DNA from: a virus
Lineage: Duplodnaviria; Caudoviricetes
Length of the DNA: 39,924 nt
Direction: 5' to 3' (one strand)
Virus record (IMG/VR): IMGVR_UViG_3300025167_000028
Location: 1 to 39,924 of that record
This document shows positions 34,108 to 39,924 of the stretch, in pieces. The notes below the pieces were generated by a model that saw nothing but the letters and a program-made list of their open reading frames with translations, was not told the DNA's origin and did not search any database. The position numbers and the translations under genes were made by a program. Position 1 is the first letter of the stretch; each line of letters starts with the position of its first letter.

Positions 34108-35091
34108 ATGCCACTTGATCCATCAATTTTTAATCAACTCGAAATGCCTCGGGCTCCATTGAACCCGATGGACCTGGAAAGAGACAGGCTGGCAAATACC
34201 GCCTTGCAACAGAAGTCGGTCGCCGGCTCACTTGCCCTTCATAGGGAGGCGCTTGTCAACGTAACTGATCCGACCCAAGCCGCCAAATGGATAAGGGACG
34301 GGTTCAATGATCGCAATCTAAGTCCTATTCTGCAAAAAGCCGGCTCCCCGGAAGAAATAATTTCACGAATCCCTCAAGACCCGAAAGGATTCGCCGACTG
34401 GATAAAACGAAATGCCCTTGGGCTGGAAAAGTATTATGAATTGACAATGAAGCCTCAGAAATCTGGGTCATCTCCCATGCAACAAAGAAAATTCGATAAA
34501 CAAATTTCTGATGATTTTAAATCAACGGGACAAGCGATGCAGACAATGGCGGAAATAACCAACGCCATAAAGACAGTCCGTGCATCCAAAGGATTATCGG
34601 CGAGAGAAGGTTATACCGGATATATTCCCTCCCTCCTTCAGGGCCCGGAAGCCATGAGCGCCCAAAATCGCATCGAAACACTCAAGGGGAAAGTTACCCA
34701 AATGGGGAAAGCCATGGCCACGATGTCCGGCGCAATAGGACCAATGGCGGTCCAAGAATGGAAAATCGTCGCTGATGCCATAAATGCAATAGACCCAACA
34801 GCGGGAAATTTGGAAGAACAACTTTCAAATATAGAAGCACAAGCGATGGGCGCGTCGGAAAGAATAAAAGATTCGTATGACAGAACTTATGAAAATAAGT
34901 TCGAGAATTATCCGCAGTTTGAAACTGGGAATATAAGAATATATCCATCAACAACATCCCCTCGATCAAAACCAACGAATGTCCCCCTATCTCCAGCGCC
35001 AACGTCCCCGCCGCCTCAATCGCCTTCGCCGCCTCGTTACAGCAGAGAGCAAATCGAGGCTGAATTACGTCGCAGAAAGGTCATAAAATGA
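34108..35091 (+). CDS. putative ejection protein
   Basis: MPLDPSI start, helical, position. Confidence 0.6.
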   Translation: MPLDPSIFNQLEMPRAPLNPMDLERDRLANTALQQKSVAGSLALHREALVNVTDPTQAAKWIRDGFNDRNLSPILQKAGSPEEIISRIPQDPKGFADWIKRNALGLEKYYELTMKPQKSGSSPMQQRKFDKQISDDFKSTGQAMQTMAEITNAIKTVRASKGLSAREGYTGYIPSLLQGPEAMSAQNRIETLKGKVTQMGKAMATMSGAIGPMAVQEWKIVADAINAIDPTAGNLEEQLSNIEAQAMGASERIKDSYDRTYENKFENYPQFETGNIRIYPSTTSPRSKPTNVPLSPAPTSPPPQSPSPPRYSREQIEAELRRRKVIK

Positions 35092-37121
35092 CCGACCTAT
35101 CTTCCATGTCCACCAAGGACTTGATGAAGATGCGCGAGGAAGCATCGCTGACAGAGCTATCTTCCATGTCCACCGAGGACTTGATGAAGATGCGTCCCCA
35201 GATAACGTCATCTCAAGTCATGTCCCTTTTTAAGGGGGGGAAGCCGGTTGACGATTATCCTGTTCTGGCTTCCCCCATCGCTCGCGCGGGGTTGGGGGCT
35301 TATCAAGCCTTTATGGCCCCCATCCAACTGGGGGCGAATGTAGGTGAAAAACTGGCTGATATATCCGGAGCTACCGATTTAAGTCGGCTGGTTAAAAAGA
35401 AGCTGGGCATACATACCGGCGGGAAGCCTCTTCTGAGCGCGGGGGGGCTTAATCAAACTTTAGGTGGATTGGAGGCCGCAAAACGCCAAGCCATGGCGGC
35501 AAGATCGGGAAGGCCGGTGGGAGAGGAATGGGATATAGCCGGGCTTCTTGGTTCTTTGTATCCTGGAACGATGGCCTATAAAAGCATAGCCGGAGCTTTG
35601 CCTAAGGTCATTTCAGAACAAGCCCCTTCCCTGACAGGTCGCACTGTCGGGAGGATGCTTACGGGCGGCGGCACGGCGGCGCTTACTATCCCAGTAACTT
35701 CAGGTGGCGAGGATTTCTTTAATGAGAAAGGAATTCAGACCGGGATCGGCGCGGCTGTCCCCGTGGCGGCGTCTACACTAATTTCACTTCTCAAGGGGAC
35801 GGGAAAGATCGGCGGTAAGATTTATTCGACTTTGAGAGACGCCGCGCGTCTTCATACTAAGACAGGTCCGCAAAAAATAGCCGAAGCTCATTTCCAATCC
35901 ATCGCCAAGGAAGGCGGAGAAGAAGCCACGGGAAAGACGGTTAAATCACTGTTACAAGCAGAGAAGATATTAAATAAACCGACTTCTGCCGAGGCGATAG
36001 CGGCGGGGAATATCGGCAAGGGCGAAAGATTCGGTGGACCGGTGGTGCGTTTGCAGGAAGAACTTGCAAGCCTGCCGGAGACAACCACCAAACTTCGTAG
36101 TATCGAGGCTGCACAAGAACAAATCCGAAAAGGTGCTATTGAGAATATCGCCAAGGGCACATCGGCGGAATCGGCGCTGCTAGAGCGCACAATTGCGGCG
36201 GCGAAGAATTACGACAAGGCGTTTTATAGAACTATAGATGGAAAGAAAATTCCTCATACGGCAACTCCAGACCGAGAATTGCAAACAATTTTCGATAAAT
36301 TTGGAAACGATACGCCTAAAATTCTTGGTCGCGCCAAGGATTTGGCTGTCAAAGACGGCAAACAATTCAAAATTGGCGCGAAATATCCTATTGAATCTCT
36401 CCATTTTACAAAAATGGCGCTCGATGACGTGATAAAAAATCCAGAACAATTCGGCATCGGCGCTTCCGAGGCCAGAGCCTTGGCAAGAACGCAAGGGGAA
36501 CTTGTAAAATGGATTGGAGCCAAATCCAAGGCTTATGATTTTGCCCGGCAGGAACACAAGCGGCTTTCGGAGATTCTGAATCGCACTAAGGCCAGGGATA
36601 CACTGGCGAATATTCTTACGGGGCCAAAAGGGGAAGAAAGAGCGACACAATTCTTGAATGCTACCAGAGATATTCCGAAGACTTTCAAGAAAGCAACGGG
36701 ATCGCAACGATACGCGAAATTGGAAGATATTTTATTGCCGAATGAAACGATGCTGGTCAATAAAGTAACCCGTGAATTGGAAAGAGAAGCCATGGCAGGG
36801 AGAATGGCGAAGGAAGTTAATCTTCCAGGCGCAGTCAACCCAGTAACGGGGAAAATGGAAAGTTTGCCGCAGATGTTGTGGACCCCAAATATGATTGCAA
36901 AATGGGTCATGCGAATCAGCGGCAGGGAAGGCGATAAGGAAGTAAACAAAATTGCCGCTGACATCGCCGCCAATCCATCTCGCGCGGCCGAAGTAATCAG
37001 CAGGCTTCCTTCCAGATTGCAAACTATGGGCAAAAATCTTTTATCCGATTTGGATGAATTCCTGAAAACCGAAATAGCAAAAACCGCCGCCATTCAGGGC
37101 ACGAACAGATTGAGAGAATAG
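35088..37121 (+). CDS. putative large ejection protein
   Basis: 677 aa, Gly/Ala-rich segments, position. Confidence 0.6.
   Translation: MTDLSSMSTKDLMKMREEASLTELSSMSTEDLMKMRPQITSSQVMSLFKGGKPVDDYPVLASPIARAGLGAYQAFMAPIQLGANVGEKLADISGATDLSRLVKKKLGIHTGGKPLLSAGGLNQTLGGLEAAKRQAMAARSGRPVGEEWDIAGLLGSLYPGTMAYKSIAGALPKVISEQAPSLTGRTVGRMLTGGGTAALTIPVTSGGEDFFNEKGIQTGIGAAVPVAASTLISLLKGTGKIGGKIYSTLRDAARLHTKTGPQKIAEAHFQSIAKEGGEEATGKTVKSLLQAEKILNKPTSAEAIAAGNIGKGERFGGPVVRLQEELASLPETTTKLRSIEAAQEQIRKGAIENIAKGTSAESALLERTIAAAKNYDKAFYRTIDGKKIPHTATPDRELQTIFDKFGNDTPKILGRAKDLAVKDGKQFKIGAKYPIESLHFTKMALDDVIKNPEQFGIGASEARALARTQGELVKWIGAKSKAYDFARQEHKRLSEILNRTKARDTLANILTGPKGEERATQFLNATRDIPKTFKKATGSQRYAKLEDILLPNETMLVNKVTRELEREAMAGRMAKEVNLPGAVNPVTGKMESLPQMLWTPNMIAKWVMRISGREGDKEVNKIAADIAANPSRAAEVISRLPSRLQTMGKNLLSDLDEFLKTEIAKTAAIQGTNRLRE
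35094..35194 (+). repeat. direct repeat, 41 bp x2, 60-bp period
   Basis: GA(C/G)CTATCTTCCATGTCCACC(A/G)AGGACTTGATGAAGATGCG. Confidence 0.9.
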
Positions 37122-37129
37122 GATAAAAC

Positions 37130-38533
37130 ATGGCCGTCAAATTATTATTCAACGACATCCCGGCATTTTTCGATTCCAACGGCGACCCGCTCAACGGCGG
37201 TAAGTTGTTCACCTATGCCGCCGGTTCCAGCACCAAACAAAATACTTATACGACTTCCGCTGGAACAGTCGCACACGCCAATCCCATTATTCTCAATTCC
37301 AGGGGAGAACCCGCCAATGCGATATGGGGAACAGTTGGAATATCTTATAAATTAGTCTTATCTCCATCCACCGATTCCGATCCTCCCGCCGCGTCTTTCT
37401 GGACCATAGATAATATCACGCCGATAAATGACGCCAATACACTGCTGGATCAATGGTTGACTGGGCCATCTCCGACATATATCAATGCCACGCAATTCAC
37501 CCTGGTCGGAGATCAGACAACAACATTTCACGTTGGGCGCAGATTAAAAACGACTAACACCGGCGGATCAATTTATAGCACGATCACAACCACGGCTTAC
37601 ACGACGTTGACTACGGTCACAGTAGTCAACGATTCTGGGTCCTTGGATTCGGGATTAAGCGCGGTTAGTTATGGGCTTTTAACTGCTTCCGATGCGGCGG
37701 TTCCGTGGGCCAAAATCGCTTCTACTGGATGGACTTTCATCAAGGCAGTTACCATGTCCGACGTAGTTACCATGTCCGGGAAGTCTATCATCGAGGCCAA
37801 TGCTTCCATCGCCGCTCACGCCACGACCATGAACCCGTGGAGTCTAGGTAACTATGTAACCGCTACCGGCACGGCTGTAACTTTCACCGATCTCGCCGAT
37901 GCCCCGCAAGCCGGGGCCGAAGTCGAGATATACATGAATGCCGCGCACACCTGGACGAATAACGCCAACCTTGAGGTGGATGGGAATGCCAATTACATAG
38001 CGACGGTGGGAGATAGGGTATTGCTCCGCGCCAAATCCACGACTGTAACCACCGTGCATCCTCGGAGAAAGGCCGGATCTGGCAAGCTCATTCAGCGCGT
38101 CGAGGCGACTCCGTATACGGCGTATACGACCATAAACACAGCCATCCCGGGCGACGACACAATTCCGCAAAATACCGAAGGCGCCGAAATGCAGACGGTG
38201 TCCATCACACCGACGAACAGCAACAATCGCCTGGTCATCCGAGCTAGTTGTACATGCCTGAGTCACAGCGGCGCCGGAATGCTTCTAGGTGCGATATTCC
38301 AGGATGCCACGGCGGATGCCCTGGCCGTAGGGAATGTCCAATCGTCCGCTGTTGGCGCACCGATACAACTAGTGGTCACGCATGAAATGGCTGCAAACCA
38401 GATAACCGAAACGATGTTTAAATTCCGCCTGGGTCCGAACTCTGGTCAAATGTATGTAAACGGCAACAACACTGCGCGGCTCATGGGTGGCTTAAACAAC
38501 GTCAGGTTTTTAGTCGAGGAAATTGCAACGTGA
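37130..38533 (+). CDS. tail fibre/spike protein
   Basis: FFDSNGDPLNGGKLFTYAAG...NPIILNSRGE N-terminal virion-binding motif. Confidence 0.8.
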   Translation: MAVKLLFNDIPAFFDSNGDPLNGGKLFTYAAGSSTKQNTYTTSAGTVAHANPIILNSRGEPANAIWGTVGISYKLVLSPSTDSDPPAASFWTIDNITPINDANTLLDQWLTGPSPTYINATQFTLVGDQTTTFHVGRRLKTTNTGGSIYSTITTTAYTTLTTVTVVNDSGSLDSGLSAVSYGLLTASDAAVPWAKIASTGWTFIKAVTMSDVVTMSGKSIIEANASIAAHATTMNPWSLGNYVTATGTAVTFTDLADAPQAGAEVEIYMNAAHTWTNNANLEVDGNANYIATVGDRVLLRAKSTTVTTVHPRRKAGSGKLIQRVEATPYTAYTTINTAIPGDDTIPQNTEGAEMQTVSITPTNSNNRLVIRASCTCLSHSGAGMLLGAIFQDATADALAVGNVQSSAVGAPIQLVVTHEMAANQITETMFKFRLGPNSGQMYVNGNNTARLMGGLNNVRFLVEEIAT

Positions 38534-39021
38534 TGTCGCTAGGCTTTCTAAGCAACCATGCCGCTCTGCATGCACTCGGAGCCACGATAGTCACATCCAC
38601 CGATTTTGAGACCAGTTATGCGCCGGACAATCTGGACATTTCCGGTCTGGCCGCCGCCGTCCTCGCGGCGGCAAAGGCTTCTAAGAAGAAACAATTGCAA
38701 GCGGTTTATGATCTAAAGATGTCCTCCGGATTCACCTCCTCCGCCCTCGGTGCCGCATATATCTACGCCACCGACGATGACCGCAAGGCGATCCTGACCG
38801 CAGGAGCCTTGCGCGCGTTTCGGGGGTTGACACAGAATTATTATTGCACTGATGTCGCCACCGGAATCGGCGCCATTCGTGCTCATACTCCCGCGCAGAT
38901 GCTCCAGGTGTTGGACAATGCCGAAGCCATAGCGCAGGCGTATTTAAGCAGTCTGCTCGCTAAGACGGCGGCGGTGACAACGGCAGCGACCGAAGCAGAG
39001 ATAAATGCTATTAGCTGGTGA
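38530..39021 (+). CDS. tail fibre assembly-like protein (DUF4376-like)
   Basis: GFTSSALG, HTPAQMLQV, C-terminal EINAISW. Confidence 0.65.
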   Translation: MMSLGFLSNHAALHALGATIVTSTDFETSYAPDNLDISGLAAAVLAAAKASKKKQLQAVYDLKMSSGFTSSALGAAYIYATDDDRKAILTAGALRAFRGLTQNYYCTDVATGIGAIRAHTPAQMLQVLDNAEAIAQAYLSSLLAKTAAVTTAATEAEINAISW

Positions 39022-39043
39022 ACCGATTGAGGAGGAATGGTGG

Positions 39044-39340
39044 ATGAACCAGGAAGAAATCAAACGGCTGGCGGCGACGCTGGCACCACAAATCATCGCG
39101 TCCATCCGCGAATCAAAGCATGATTTCTGGATAGACCCGGAGAACCATTTCAGGGCGCACATCGTAATGGACCAATTCGCCGAGTGTCTTGACATGGAGA
39201 CATTACAGACCTTGCGCGATCTACTCAAGGCGTATCGCAGGGGAAGAAAGCTATTCTTTGCGGCGTTCGTCGGGTTGATGATCGTCGGCGCGCTCGGACT
39301 GGTCGCTATCGCAATCGGAATGAAACCGCCATGGAAATGA
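39044..39340 (+). CDS. membrane protein (holin/antiholin-like)
   Basis: Single C-terminal TM segment; precedes the endolysin. Confidence 0.55.
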   Translation: MNQEEIKRLAATLAPQIIASIRESKHDFWIDPENHFRAHIVMDQFAECLDMETLQTLRDLLKAYRRGRKLFFAAFVGLMIVGALGLVAIAIGMKPPWK

Positions 39341-39804
39341 ACAAATTCGATAGGGCAATCGATCTTATTTTGGCCGAGGAAGGAGGATATGTAATAGATC
39401 CGCTTGATCCTGGCGGAGAAACAAAATATGGAATTTCCAAACGCGCGTATCCTGAAATCAACATCGGCAGCCTGACTTTGGATCAGGCGAAGACTATCTA
39501 CATGCGCGATTATTGGGAGCCATGTAAGTGCGACAGTCTGCCTTGGCCATTGTCCTTATTTGTTTTCGATGCCGCTGTCAATCAAGGAACTGACGCGGCG
39601 ATCAAGATGCTGCAACATACGCTACAGACCAATCAAGACGGCATTATCGGTTCCGTGACTTTAAGGCTCGCCGGGGAATCTCGGAAATGGCACTGGGCGC
39701 GCTTCATGGCCTTCCGAACCATGAGGTATCAAGGCACCCGCAACTATGATCGTTTCGGTGAAAACTGGTTGATCCGTATATTCCGGATCGCTATGGAGGC
39801 CTAG
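39337..39804 (+). CDS. endolysin, glycoside hydrolase family 108
   Basis: EGGYV.DP.DPGGETKYGIS, FDAAVNQG, DGIIG. Confidence 0.92.
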   Translation: MNKFDRAIDLILAEEGGYVIDPLDPGGETKYGISKRAYPEINIGSLTLDQAKTIYMRDYWEPCKCDSLPWPLSLFVFDAAVNQGTDAAIKMLQHTLQTNQDGIIGSVTLRLAGESRKWHWARFMAFRTMRYQGTRNYDRFGENWLIRIFRIAMEA

Positions 39805-39805
39805 G

Positions 39806-39924
39806 ATGGAAACTATTCTCGCGTCACTTGTCGCCCCCGCTGCTGTTGATATGCTCAAAAATCTATTCGCGTCAGCTTCCCGCAAATGGATCGGGTTATC
39901 GGTGGACGATCAGATCAAATTAGA
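39806..39924 (+). CDS. N-terminal part of holin-like protein (truncated)
   Basis: METILASLVAPAAVDMLKNLF..., open to the window end; follows the endolysin. Confidence 0.55.
   Translation, partial: METILASLVAPAAVDMLKNLFASASRKWIGLSVDDQIKL

Noticed and set aside
1-39924. Integron integrase, phage integrase, tRNA, reverse transcriptase/DGR, alternative genetic code
   Set aside because: No tyrosine or serine recombinase or RT motifs in the ORF track; no tRNA seen by eye; long core genes are intact in the standard code

Overview
The window looks like an almost complete genome of a P22/lambdoid-like podovirus; the last and first ORFs appear to be the two halves of one holin-like gene. The leftward early arm (183-9694) holds many small accessory ORFs, a DNA methyltransferase, a lytic transglycosylase, an exonuclease/SSB pair and a Cro-like gene. 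The rightward arm holds a Mom-like gene, a replication initiator with iterons, NinB/NinG/Q-like genes, an IS1595 insertion, TerS, TerL with a class 3 mini-intein, a P22-like portal, scaffold and coat, tail and ejection proteins, a tail fibre and a GH108 endolysin. The standout feature is that the accessory genes form four integron-like cassette arrays. I count about 11 recognisable attC hairpin sites, several half or degenerate sites, and three copies of an attI-like site, but no integron integrase, phage integrase or full-length CI repressor. Unlike canonical integrons, every cassette gene is antisense to its attC. The attC sites themselves encode protein ends, and genes cross the recombination point in a conserved frame. 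All protein family calls come from reading motifs by eye; no database search was run, so novelty is unverified.
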